Positions 25,548 to 35,348 are shown, numbered from the stretch's first letter. The stretch is DNA of 64,000 nt from Candidatus Aldehydirespirator sp. (GCA_965203575.1 OZ241894.1:3724322-3788321); one strand, 5' to 3'. The notes: generated by a model not told the origin, from the letters alone. Numbers and translations: made by a program.

Positions 25548-26852
25548 ATGCGGTCGATCGAGCACAACCCTGGCGAGCGGGCCACCGGCGAGCTCCTGGT
25601 CGAGGACATGACCGGAGCCGAGCGTGAGCGGGCCCTGCGGGTCGACCGGGTGCTGCCCGCGCTGGCCGCCCGGGCCGAGGAGGCCGACCGCGCCGGCGAG
25701 TTCCCCCTCGAGCATGTCCGCACCATCTCCGGCGCCGGCCTGCTGGGCATCACCGTGCCGGTCACCTACGGGGGCCTGGGCGGCGGGCTGCGAGACCTGG
25801 CCGCAGCAACTTTCGCCTTGGCCACCGCCTGCCCGTCCACCGCGCTGGCCTACTACTTCCAGTGCAGCGGCTCGTCCCGGGGCCTGCTCCCGCTGGCCGC
25901 CATCGAGGCCGGGCTGTTCGCCCCCGACGAGGTGCCGCTGGCCCGCTCGTTCGGCGAGCGGGTGCTGCGGCAGATGGGCGAGCACGGCCGCTGGGTGGCC
26001 AACTTCGCCAGCGAGTCGGTGCGGTCCAAGCACGCCGCCATAACCATCACCACCGAGGCCTCCCCCACCGACGGCGGATGGCTGATCAACGGGGTCAAGT
26101 CGTTCGGCTGCTCCACCGGGGTGGCCGACGACTACCTGGTCACGGCCAAGCTCGCGGGCGGGGAGACGGCCGAGTCGCTGGCCATGTTCCTGATCCCCCG
26201 CGACACGCCCGGCGTGAGCGAGCGAGCGAAGTGGGACGCCATCGGGATGCGGGCCACCGCCACCCACGGCATCGTGCTTGAGAACGCCTTCGTTCCCGAT
26301 GAGAATGCGCTGACCGTGCCGGGAACGTTCGTGAAGATGACGCAGGTGAGCCGGGGCAGCTTCGTCGGCAACCAGGTGGCGCTGTCGTCGGTTTACGTGG
26401 GGGCCGCCCAGGCGGTGTACGACTTCGCCCTGGACTATCTGACGTCCACCACCTACCACGGCACCGACGAGCCCATCGGCGGCGGCGACCTGCACCGGCA
26501 GCTCATCGGGCAGATGCGGGCCCATCTCGACACCGCCTACATCTGGACGCGCCGCCAGATCCTGCTGGAGACCGCCGATCCCGAGCTGATCCCCAAAGAC
26601 GACGTGGTGGCCAACTGGCGGATCGCCAAGGGCGAGATCGCGGAGAACTGCTTCCAGGTGGCCGTGCACGCGCTCAAGGCCTGCGGCACGGGCAACACCG
26701 GGATGTCCGGGGCGGTGTCCCGGGGGCTGCGCGACCTGTCGATGGGACTGGTGCAGGGCTTCCCGCCCGAGCGGGGTCGCCTGGAGGCCGCCTCCTACCT
26801 GGTGTTCGGCGCCGAGGGAGACCAGTTCGGCACGGCCGGGGGCAAGCAGTGA
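25548..26852 (+). CDS. acyl-CoA dehydrogenase-fold flavoprotein (ACAD type-2/two-component monooxygenase-like)
   Basis: 434 aa. The N-terminus AARAEEADRAGEFPLEHVRTISGAGLLGITVPVTYGG and the overall length fit this fold. Confidence 0.7.
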   Translation: MRSIEHNPGERATGELLVEDMTGAERERALRVDRVLPALAARAEEADRAGEFPLEHVRTISGAGLLGITVPVTYGGLGGGLRDLAAATFALATACPSTALAYYFQCSGSSRGLLPLAAIEAGLFAPDEVPLARSFGERVLRQMGEHGRWVANFASESVRSKHAAITITTEASPTDGGWLINGVKSFGCSTGVADDYLVTAKLAGGETAESLAMFLIPRDTPGVSERAKWDAIGMRATATHGIVLENAFVPDENALTVPGTFVKMTQVSRGSFVGNQVALSSVYVGAAQAVYDFALDYLTSTTYHGTDEPIGGGDLHRQLIGQMRAHLDTAYIWTRRQILLETADPELIPKDDVVANWRIAKGEIAENCFQVAVHALKACGTGNTGMSGAVSRGLRDLSMGLVQGFPPERGRLEAASYLVFGAEGDQFGTAGGKQ

Positions 26853-27148
26853 ACCGGCTCTTGTCCCGGCCGTGGTTCGGCCCCGGAGCGGGTGCCTTCC
26901 TCTACCTGACCGGCATGAACGACGAGCTGCTCCACTGGCTGGGCACCTGGTGGCTCGAACTCGGCCGGTGGGGCCAGACCGCGGCGGTGCTGGCCGCGCT
27001 GGCGCTGGCGGCCTACTTCACCCAGGGCGCGCTCAACCGCCGGCGATCGGCCTTCCGCTCGGCGGTCGGCGCCGCCGACGCCACCCGCCTCCAGACCGCC
27101 GCGGGGCCCGCCCGCGGCGACCGCCCCGACCCGCGAGGTGACCCATGA
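26849..27148 (+). CDS. small hypothetical membrane protein
   Basis: 99 aa. The start overlaps the upstream stop (GTGA) and the stop overlaps the next start (ATGA). It has one hydrophobic helix, TAAVLAALALAAYF. Confidence 0.4.
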   Translation: MNRLLSRPWFGPGAGAFLYLTGMNDELLHWLGTWWLELGRWGQTAAVLAALALAAYFTQGALNRRRSAFRSAVGAADATRLQTAAGPARGDRPDPRGDP

Positions 27149-28725
27149 TCGACCCGGCCAGCCCCCGCTCCCGTCCCGCCGGCGGTGACATCGTCTCGCC
27201 TTGCGGCCGCCGCCCGCCGGCCCGGCCCGGCCGTTGGAGGCACCGGCGAGCCCTCGGGCTGCTGCTGGCGGCGGCCACTCTGGCCGCGGCGTGCTCAGAG
27301 CCCGTCGAGGAGGCCGCCACCGACACCGGCGAGACCCAGGCGGTCGACCAAGCCGCAGCCGAACCCTCCGACGAGACCCAGACCGCCGACCAGACTGCCG
27401 ACGAAGACGTCGGCGAGGCTCAGACCACCGCCGAACCCTCCGGCGAGGCGGAGACCGCGGATCAGCCCGCCGGCACCGGGGAGACCCAGCCCGTCGAGGC
27501 TCCGGCCGGCCCGGTCCCGGCCGGGCCCGACACTCCGGGGGTGACCGACGACACGGTGACGATCTCGATCATCATCACCGACACGTCGATGGTGGCCCAG
27601 GCGTTCGGGTGGGAGGTGCCCGACGAGGGCGACCGTGAGGCCCAGGTCGAGGCGCTGGTCGACCACTTCAACGCGGCGGGCGGCTTCGCCGGCCGCCGGA
27701 TCGACGCCAAGGTCACCGTGTTCAACGCCATCACCGACGGCCCGGTGGCCGAGGAGGCCCTCTGCAACAAGATCACCCAGGACGACCAGGCCTTCGCGGT
27801 GGTGCTGACCGGACAGCTCCAGGAGAACGCCCGGCCCTGCTACCGCAACGCCAACACGCTCATGTTCGACGCCACGCTGTACCCGGTGGACAACGCCGGC
27901 TTCGAGGAGTTGGCCCCCTACTACTGGTCGCCGCTGCTGCCGTCCTATGACGATCTCGTGGGCGGCCTGGCCGCCGGGCTCATCGACGACGGCTGGTTCG
28001 ACGGCGGAACGCTCGGCGTCATCGCCATCGACTCCGAGCTGAGCGAGCGGGTCTACACCGAGCAGTTCGTCCCCCGGCTGGAGGCGGCCGGCGTGGAAGT
28101 GGCCTCCTACAACACCATCGACCCCACCGACGGCACCTCGTTCAACAACGACCAGCTCCAGGCCATCATCAACTTCCGGGAGGCGGGCGTGGACAAGGTG
28201 GTGGCCATCGGCGGCTCCCGGCTGGTGTCATGGTTCATCGACACCAGCGTGGCCCAGAACTTCGCGCCCGAGTACGCGCTGACCAGCTACGACGCCCCCG
28301 ACTTCAACGCGTACAACTTCCCCCAGATGATGGGCGGGTCCGGCGGCATAAGCGTGCTCCCCGGCTACGACCTGGACGACGACCAGCTCCCGTTCCCGGC
28401 ATCGGCGGCCGAGCAGGAGTGCGCCGACATCTTCACCGCGGCCGGGCTGGAGTTCAGCGTGCGGACCAACATCCGCACCGGGCTGCTGTTCTGCGACGTG
28501 TTCCGCCTGCTGCGGGACGCCTCGCCGCACCTCACCGAGGTGAGCGCCCAGGGGGTCACCGAGGCGGTGTGGAGCCTGGGCGACAGCTTCGAGGCGGCCT
28601 CGGTGTACGGCGTGGAGTTCACCGAGGGCAGCTACGCCGGCGGCGACCTGTACCGGCGGTTCACGTTCGACGCCGGTTGCGAGTGCATGGTGCTGACCAG
28701 CGACCCCGCTGACTTCGACGGGTGA
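27145..28725 (+). CDS. ABC-transporter substrate-binding lipoprotein (branched-chain-amino-acid/LivJ-type, tentative)
   Basis: 526 aa. Lipobox LAAACSEP, then an acidic ETQ/ADQ low-complexity linker, then a 400-aa globular domain. The gene lies directly upstream of LivHMGF-like genes. Confidence 0.55.
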   Translation: MIDPASPRSRPAGGDIVSPCGRRPPARPGRWRHRRALGLLLAAATLAAACSEPVEEAATDTGETQAVDQAAAEPSDETQTADQTADEDVGEAQTTAEPSGEAETADQPAGTGETQPVEAPAGPVPAGPDTPGVTDDTVTISIIITDTSMVAQAFGWEVPDEGDREAQVEALVDHFNAAGGFAGRRIDAKVTVFNAITDGPVAEEALCNKITQDDQAFAVVLTGQLQENARPCYRNANTLMFDATLYPVDNAGFEELAPYYWSPLLPSYDDLVGGLAAGLIDDGWFDGGTLGVIAIDSELSERVYTEQFVPRLEAAGVEVASYNTIDPTDGTSFNNDQLQAIINFREAGVDKVVAIGGSRLVSWFIDTSVAQNFAPEYALTSYDAPDFNAYNFPQMMGGSGGISVLPGYDLDDDQLPFPASAAEQECADIFTAAGLEFSVRTNIRTGLLFCDVFRLLRDASPHLTEVSAQGVTEAVWSLGDSFEAASVYGVEFTEGSYAGGDLYRRFTFDAGCECMVLTSDPADFDG

Positions 28726-28744
28726 ACGCCTCACCCCCACCACG

Positions 28745-30742
28745 ATGAGCGAGGCGGAGGAGGGCGAGCACCGGGGCCGGCCGGGCAACCCCCGGCTGCT
28801 GGTCGCCGTCGCCGTCCAGGGAGCGGCACTGGCCACCGCGCTGCCGGTGCTGCTGTTCCGCCGGGAGGAGATCGCCGAGCGTCTCGGCGTGGTCGGCGCG
28901 GTGGTGGGCGAGGCCGTCCTGATCGGCGCGGCCGCGGTGGTGGCCGCGCTGGTGGTGCCCCGGCTGCGCAGCGTGCTGCCGGCCGGGGTCCTGCTGACCC
29001 TGGCCGGGCTGCTGGCCGCGGCCGGGCTCGCCGTGATGGCCCGCACGACCGGCATAGCGGTGTTCACCGCCGGCGGCATCATGCTGGCCGCGGGTGCGGC
29101 GCCCGGGCTGGTGCTCCACCGCATCCTGCTGGCCACCGACGCCCGCCAGGCCGACCGGTTCCGCACGATGTCGTGGTACTGGGCCGCGGTGGCCGCCGGC
29201 GCCTGCTGGTCGCTGGCGGCCCGCGTGCTGGCCCCCCTGTCCTACGGCACCGTGCTGTGGGCCGCCGCCGCGCTGGCACTGGCGAGCGCGATGCTGATCG
29301 CCCGCCACGCCCTGGCCCACGACGGCGACCTCGAGGTGCAGCCCACCGTCGCCCGGGCCGACGTGCCGTGGGCCCGGCGGTCCTACGGCGCCGCTCTGGC
29401 GGTGGGCGCGGCCGCCGTCGGCGGCGCGGACCCGGCCCAGTCGCTGCTGCTGGGCGAATGGCAGCGCAGCCCGGCCCAGAACGCGGCCGTGCTGGCCGCC
29501 GGAGCCGCAGCGGCCGCCCTGATCAGCGCCCTCGGCCCCTGGTACCACCGGCTCCACCGGCTCGCCGGCGGCCGACGAGCCGACGCGGTCGGCACCCAGC
29601 TGCTGGTGGCGGGCTTGCTGGTGCTGCTGGGGGCGGTGTCGTTCACCTACATCGGGCTGGTGGCCTGCTGGTTCGTGGCCGGCGGCGCCGTCGCGCTGGC
29701 CCTGGCCGGGCTGGACGCCGCCGTGTTCGCCGACATCGCTCCCGAGCTGCGACGGGCGGTGGCCGCCCGCCAAGTGCTGTGGGCCGCTGCCGGCGCGCTG
29801 GCGGCGGCCTCGTTCAACGCCTGGATCGCCGGGGGGTGGCCCGACCAGTGGAAGCTCGGCCTGCTGGGCCTGCCGCTGGTAATGGTCGGATGGGCGGTGC
29901 GCCGGTTCGCGGCCCCGGCCCGCGACGCCGAGACGGTGGTGGCGGCGTCCAAGGCCACCACCGTGCCCCGCCGGGTGTACCCCGCCGCGTCCGGGCCGCC
30001 GCTGCTGTCGGTGGAGCAGCTGTCGGTGTCCTACGGATCGGTGCAGGTGCTGTTCGGGGTGGACCTGACCGTGCCGGAGGGCGCGGTGGTGGCGCTGATG
30101 GGCACCAACGGGGCCGGCAAGACCACGCTGCTGCGGGCCGTCTCGGGGCTGGAGCCGACCATCGGGGGGCGCATCGTCTACGCGGGGCTCGACATCACCA
30201 AGACCCGGCCCACGTGGAGAGTGGGCATGGGGCTGCACCAGGTCGTCGAGACCGACGCGGTGGTCGGCCCGCTCACCGTGGCCGAGAACCTGACGCTGTT
30301 CGGCCACGGCCTCGACCGGGCCCGGCGGGCCCGCAGCATCGCCGAGGCCTACGAGCTGTTCCCACGCCTGGCCGAGCGGTCGCGCCAGCGGGCGGCCACC
30401 CTGTCGGGCGGCGAGAAGCAGATGCTGGGTCTGGCCAAAGCCGTCGTCACCCCTCCCCGCCTGCTGCTGATCGACGAGTTCTCGCTGGGCCTGGCGCCGA
30501 CAGTCATCTCCGACCTGTTGCCGGTGATCCGCCGCATCGCCGATCAGGGCGCGGCCGTGCTGCTGGTGGAGCAGTCGGTGAACGTGGCCCTGTCGGTGGC
30601 CGACCACGCCTACGTCATGGAGAAGGGCGAGATCGGCTACTCCGGCCCCGCCGCGGAGCTGCGGGCCCGGCCCGACCTGCTGCGGGCCGCCTACCTCGAG
30701 GGCCTGGCCCACGCCCTCCACATCGACCGGGCAGAGGCATAG
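28745..30742 (+). CDS. fusion protein: about 410-aa polytopic membrane domain + LivF-like ABC ATPase
   Basis: 665 aa. The C-terminal 240 aa carry Walker A GTNGAGKTT, signature LSGGEKQM and Walker B LLLIDEFSLGLAP. The N-terminal part is almost entirely hydrophobic helices. Confidence 0.75.
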   Translation: MSEAEEGEHRGRPGNPRLLVAVAVQGAALATALPVLLFRREEIAERLGVVGAVVGEAVLIGAAAVVAALVVPRLRSVLPAGVLLTLAGLLAAAGLAVMARTTGIAVFTAGGIMLAAGAAPGLVLHRILLATDARQADRFRTMSWYWAAVAAGACWSLAARVLAPLSYGTVLWAAAALALASAMLIARHALAHDGDLEVQPTVARADVPWARRSYGAALAVGAAAVGGADPAQSLLLGEWQRSPAQNAAVLAAGAAAAALISALGPWYHRLHRLAGGRRADAVGTQLLVAGLLVLLGAVSFTYIGLVACWFVAGGAVALALAGLDAAVFADIAPELRRAVAARQVLWAAAGALAAASFNAWIAGGWPDQWKLGLLGLPLVMVGWAVRRFAAPARDAETVVAASKATTVPRRVYPAASGPPLLSVEQLSVSYGSVQVLFGVDLTVPEGAVVALMGTNGAGKTTLLRAVSGLEPTIGGRIVYAGLDITKTRPTWRVGMGLHQVVETDAVVGPLTVAENLTLFGHGLDRARRARSIAEAYELFPRLAERSRQRAATLSGGEKQMLGLAKAVVTPPRLLLIDEFSLGLAPTVISDLLPVIRRIADQGAAVLLVEQSVNVALSVADHAYVMEKGEIGYSGPAAELRARPDLLRAAYLEGLAHALHIDRAEA

Positions 30743-30752
30743 GGCGGCGGGG

Positions 30753-33491
30753 ATGGGCGGCTTCGACGTCTCCGGCCCCCTGCTGCTGCTGGGCACGATC
30801 TTCGGGATCGGCTACGCGCTGCTGGGCATCGGGCTGGTGCTGGCCTACCGGTCCAGCGGCTTCATCAACTTCGCCCACGGCGCCACCGGCCTGCTGGCCG
30901 CTTCGGCCATGTCGGTGGTGGTCAACGACTACGGCGTGCCCTACTGGCTGGGCTTCGCCGGCGCGCTGGCCGCGGCCGCCCTGCTGGCGGCCGGCATCGA
31001 GGCCATGCTGGCCAGCAAGCTGGCCGGCGCCCCCAAGGTCCTGTCGATGGTGGCCACCCTCGGCGCCGGCCAGGCGCTGCTGCTGCTGGCGCTGTCGTTC
31101 GCCAAGGGCGGCCTCGGCGGCGGGAGCTTCCCCCAGCCTCCGGGGTTCCCCCAGTTCGAGCTGACCGTGTTCGTGTCGCCGTCGGCCACCGCCCTGCTGT
31201 GGCTGTCGCCGGTGGTGGTCGGCGGGCTGTACCTGTTCCTCCAGCGCAGCAAGTACGGGCTGGCGGTGCGGGGCGCGGCCGCCAACGGCGACGCGGCCAC
31301 CCTGGCCGGGGTCGACCCCCGGCACATGGCCGCGCTGTCGTGGGCCCTGGCCGGGGCCCTGTCGGCCTTCGCGGCCATGCTCATCCTCCCCAACCAGTCG
31401 ACGGTCACCCCCGACGCCCTCGGCCCCGACTTCATCGTGCGGGGCCTGGCCGTCGCCGCGCTGGCCCGGTTCGCCAACTTCCCGGTGGCCTTCGCCGCCG
31501 GCCTGGGCATCGGTGTCGTCGAGCAGGTGCTGGCCTCCAATCCCGACTCCACCGGCTGGTTCGAGGTGGCCCTGTTCCTGCTCATCCTCGCGGGTGTGGC
31601 CCTGCGGGTCGGCTCGGGCCGGGACCAGGCCGAGCAGTGGGCCAGCCTGACGCCGAGCCGCCGCCTGCCCGACGCCTACCGGGGCGTGTGGCTGATCCAG
31701 CACCTGGGCTGGGTGCTGGGAGGCGCGGGCGCGGTGGCGGCTGCGCTGGCGTCGCTGTGGATCAGCAACCGGTCCGCCTTCCTGCTGTCCACCGTGATCG
31801 CCTTCGCCACCATCGGGATCTCGGTCAGCTTCCTGACCGGCCTCGCCGGGCAGCTCTCGCTGGGGCAGGTGGCCTTCGCGGCCATCGGCGCGGTGGTGGG
31901 CGTGCGGGTGGCGACCGACACCGGCAGCCTGGCGCTGGGCCTGCTGTGCGGCGGCGTCACCGGCGCGGCCGCGTCGGCCGCGGTGGGGCTGCCGGCGCTG
32001 CGGATGCAGGGCCTGCTGCTGGCGGTGGCCACCCTGGCCTTCGCGCTGGCCACGTTCAGCTGGCTGCTGCGCCAGGACTGGGCCTTCGGCGCGGGCCTCT
32101 CGTCGCGCCCGGTGAGTGTGCTCGGTGTGGAGGTGACCAACTCGCGGGGCTTCTACTACGTGGCCCTGGCCGTGTTCGTGGCAGTGCTGGCCACCGCCGC
32201 GACGCTGCGCCGGTCGTCGTTCGGGCGCACGCTGGTGGCGGTGCGCGACAACGAGGCCGCGTCCCGGGTGCTCCAGGTCGCCCCGTGGCGGCTGCTGGTG
32301 ACCGCCTACGCCTTCGCCGGGTTCGTGGCCGGCGCCGGCGGCGTGGTGCTGGCCATGAACAACACCTTCGTCACCCGCAGCATCTTCTCGCCCAGCGACA
32401 GCATCAACGTGGTCGCCATCGCGGTCATCGGCGGGCTGTCGGAGCTGACCGGCCCGCTGCTGGGCGCGGCCTACCTGATCGGCATCCGCGAGTTCTTCGA
32501 TCTGGAGCTGTCGGCGCTGGCCGGGCTGAACGCGGCGTGGCTGATCCTGATCCTCGAGCAGCCCCGGGGCATCCACGGCCTGCTGGACAGCACCCGGCGC
32601 AACCTGATCGATCAGATCGCCCGGTTCCACGGCATCGACCCGAACACCGCCGAAGCCGCCCGGCCCGAGGCGACGGCCTCCCCCGCGCTGGCGCCGGTGG
32701 CGGTGGCCGCCAGCTCTGCCGGCGCGGGCGGCACGGTGCTCGAGGTGCGGGGCCTGTCGCGGCGCTTCGGCGACCTGAAGGCGGTCGACGACGTGTCGTT
32801 CAGCGTGGAGGCGGGCGAGACGCTCGGGCTGATCGGACCCAACGGCGCCGGCAAGACCACCGTGTTCGAGCTGGTGAGCGGCTACCTGCGCCCGCACGCC
32901 GGGTCGGTGGTCTTCGACGGAGAGGACATCACCGGGCTGTCACCGGAGGCCCGCAGCCGGCGCGGGATGGTGCGCTCCTTCCAGAACGCCTCGCTGTTCC
33001 CGACCATGACCCCGCGCGAGATCGTGTTCCTGGCCTGCCGGTCGGCGGCCGGCGGTCGCTTCGTGCTGGGCGGGTCGCGGACCGAGCGGGCCATCGAGGA
33101 CCAAGCCGACGACACCCTGGCCGCCTTCGGGCTGGCCGCGGTGGGCGATCAACCGGCCGGCCTGCTGTCCACCGGCACCCGGCGCCTCGTCGAGCTGGCC
33201 GCCAACGTGGCGCTACGTCCCCGGCTGCTGCTGATGGACGAGCCGTCGGCCGGGATCGCCCAGGCCGAGACCGAGGCCCTGGGCGAGGTGATCGTGCGGA
33301 TCCGCGAGGCCTACGGGATCACCCTGGTGGTGATCGAGCACGACATGCCCCTGCTGGCCTCCGTCTGCGACCGCATGATCGCCCTGGAGGTGGGACGGGT
33401 CATCGCCGAGGGCGCACCCGCCGAAGTGCAGACCGACCCCGCGGTGGTGCGCAGCTATCTCGGCGGAGGTCCTGTCCCGGCCGGCAGCTAG
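30753..33491 (+). CDS. triple fusion: LivH-like permease + LivM-like permease + LivG-like ABC ATPase
   Basis: 912 aa. The N-terminus is LLLGTIFGIGYALLGIGLVLAYRSSGFINFAHGA (LivH pattern). A second permease block follows. The C-terminus has GPNGAGKTT ... LSTGTRRLVELA ... LLLMDEPSAG. Confidence 0.75.
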   Translation: MGGFDVSGPLLLLGTIFGIGYALLGIGLVLAYRSSGFINFAHGATGLLAASAMSVVVNDYGVPYWLGFAGALAAAALLAAGIEAMLASKLAGAPKVLSMVATLGAGQALLLLALSFAKGGLGGGSFPQPPGFPQFELTVFVSPSATALLWLSPVVVGGLYLFLQRSKYGLAVRGAAANGDAATLAGVDPRHMAALSWALAGALSAFAAMLILPNQSTVTPDALGPDFIVRGLAVAALARFANFPVAFAAGLGIGVVEQVLASNPDSTGWFEVALFLLILAGVALRVGSGRDQAEQWASLTPSRRLPDAYRGVWLIQHLGWVLGGAGAVAAALASLWISNRSAFLLSTVIAFATIGISVSFLTGLAGQLSLGQVAFAAIGAVVGVRVATDTGSLALGLLCGGVTGAAASAAVGLPALRMQGLLLAVATLAFALATFSWLLRQDWAFGAGLSSRPVSVLGVEVTNSRGFYYVALAVFVAVLATAATLRRSSFGRTLVAVRDNEAASRVLQVAPWRLLVTAYAFAGFVAGAGGVVLAMNNTFVTRSIFSPSDSINVVAIAVIGGLSELTGPLLGAAYLIGIREFFDLELSALAGLNAAWLILILEQPRGIHGLLDSTRRNLIDQIARFHGIDPNTAEAARPEATASPALAPVAVAASSAGAGGTVLEVRGLSRRFGDLKAVDDVSFSVEAGETLGLIGPNGAGKTTVFELVSGYLRPHAGSVVFDGEDITGLSPEARSRRGMVRSFQNASLFPTMTPREIVFLACRSAAGGRFVLGGSRTERAIEDQADDTLAAFGLAAVGDQPAGLLSTGTRRLVELAANVALRPRLLLMDEPSAGIAQAETEALGEVIVRIREAYGITLVVIEHDMPLLASVCDRMIALEVGRVIAEGAPAEVQTDPAVVRSYLGGGPVPAGS

Positions 33492-34062
33492 ACGAGTAGT
33501 TCCAAGGGGTCGTGCGGGGACTCCTGGACGCTGTTCAGCAGCGGGGCGGAACTGTCGGAAGCCGCCGCGGCGGCCTGTGCGCCATCGAGCAGTGCCGCAC
33601 CGGCGGCTCGGGCCGGCCGGGGCGCACGACGGGGACGCCCCGGTCTGGCCGGACGCCCCCGTCCCACGCGGCCGCCGCGGCGGGGGCTACTGGCACCCGG
33701 CGCTGTTCTGCCGGGCCTGCATCACGTCTGCGTCGGTCGCTGTGCCCGCCAGATACTTGTCGACCGTGCCCGCGATGCTCGAGGCGCAGCGGATGATGCG
33801 CCGACGGCAGCCGCGGCGTCGCCGCGGGGGGCCGCTCACTCATCGGACGCCACATCACGATGGAGTGGCCCCAGTCCACTCGCCGGCCACCGTCGGCCCC
33901 CGCATCACGCGTGGCCGCCGCCTCCGCAGAAGCCGCCTGTCCCGAGTTGCACTCGCAGGGGCAGGGCGGGGGCGGTCGCTCATGGCTTGCGCGGGAAAGC
34001 TAGGCGTTCAGCGTTCTAATGCGGATGCTCGCCCGAGGCGTGGCGTTACGCGGAGGTCTCGC

Positions 34063-35130
34063 TCAGTGCGGGCTGCGGTGTATGTGATAGATGTCGTCGC
34101 CGTGCCAATGCCAGCCGCCGTTCCAGTTGTCGGCGAAGCCCCTGTCTCGTTCTTGTTGATTTGGCGGCCGCGGTTCCGGCCGGAGCCCTGGCGGCTGTGG
34201 CCGGTCGCCGCCCGGTTGGTGAGAGCCGCGCCAAGTACCCGCGTGGCGGTGATAGACGGAGTCGCCGTGGCAATGCCAGTAGCCCGCCTCGTCGCTATCG
34301 GGACTCTTTCCGTCTTCCGGTGCTCCGCAGCCGCCGCCGCGGCGGGCCGATTTCCGCAGGTCCCGCTGCCGCTCCCGCTCCTGCTCCGCCCGCGCCTGCT
34401 CCTCCTGCTCGGGATCGACCCCGTGCGTTACGGCGGGGTTCTCTAAGCTCAATGACACTGAACTACCGGCCGTCAAAGAGACTCCGGAGCCCGCGCACCC
34501 GTACTGATATGGGAAAGGGTCTGGCAGGCTGTTAGCGCAAGTGCTTAGCTGAACCTTCGTCGAGCCGACGATCAAGTCGTGGGTAAGAAGGGCCGCGACA
34601 CTGCTACCTGGGGCGAGTGCGATACGAATATAGGGGGTTATACCAGATCCGGTCACGTAGGCGATTGCCGTGAAGGTGTATGTCGTGCCCGCGATAACGA
34701 ACGTGTTGTCCGAGAGGACGTTGCTGCTGCTGCAAGAGTGTGCGGTGCCATCGGCGCAACCGATCCAGGAAGGAGTAGCCTGGACTTGTCCCGCCGTCAG
34801 CGTTGCCGACCAAATCACATGATCGGCCTCGGCCTTGCGCGGCGCGGCCAGAAGGATCGCGGCAACCAGCGCGGCCAGTAGCAGCGCGATCAGGACACGG
34901 CTAGAGCCTCTACCCCCCCCCGGCAGAATCGGCGCGCCCGCGCGCCAAAGGCGCCGCCGCGAACCCCGAAGCGTTGTGTCCCGAAGCGTTGTGTACGGTC
35001 CTGGCGGGCATGTGCACCTCCTGAGCGAGAGTCGCGCCGCACTATAGCCGACCGGCCGCGCCGGAGCACACAGCAGAACACCACGACAAGCAGAAGCATC
35101 CCAGCCCCCCGCGCCCGCAGCCCCGCACAC
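34063..35130 (-). CDS. secreted protein with duplicated C-terminal His-rich motif; start codon unresolved
   Basis: Maximal track ORF. A signal-like helix RVLIALLLAALVAAILLAAPRKAEA/DH begins at about 34896. The C-terminus carries GYWHCHGDSVYHRH and GGWHWHGDDIYHIH. A C9/G9 tract at 34913-34921 separates the helix from an out-of-frame ATG at 35011 (see findings). Confidence 0.5.
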   Translation of the reverse strand: MCGAAGAGGWDASACRGVLLCAPARPVGYSAARLSLRRCTCPPGPYTTLRDTTLRGSRRRLWRAGAPILPGGGRGSSRVLIALLLAALVAAILLAAPRKAEADHVIWSATLTAGQVQATPSWIGCADGTAHSCSSSNVLSDNTFVIAGTTYTFTAIAYVTGSGITPYIRIALAPGSSVAALLTHDLIVGSTKVQLSTCANSLPDPFPYQYGCAGSGVSLTAGSSVSLSLENPAVTHGVDPEQEEQARAEQERERQRDLRKSARRGGGCGAPEDGKSPDSDEAGYWHCHGDSVYHRHAGTWRGSHQPGGDRPQPPGLRPEPRPPNQQERDRGFADNWNGGWHWHGDDIYHIHRSPH

Positions 35131-35348
35131 CAGCGAGACGCTCGACCCGCCGCCGGCCGCTCAACGAGACGAGAACCCGGACCCCAGCGCTGCGAGACTC
35201 CGCACCCCCGGACGAGCAGTCCCAAGGGCCCAGCGGCCGCAGGCGACCAGGGAGCAGGCCGGACCGGGCAGTCGGGTGGTCCACCCCTTGGAACCAACCA
35301 TCTAGAGCCCGGTCGCCGGCTCCGGCACGAGCTAGGCCTAGATCCCGG

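Noticed and set aside
33492-34062. A 570-bp stretch after the ABC operon containing track ORFs 33512-33796, 33535-33879 and 33577-34446.
   Set aside because: I translated all frames. Every product is Arg/Pro-rich or very short (the best is a 48-codon GTG ORF ending ...IAGTVDKYLAGTATDADVMQARQNSAGCQ). I cannot support a gene or an RNA here, so it is left unannotated.
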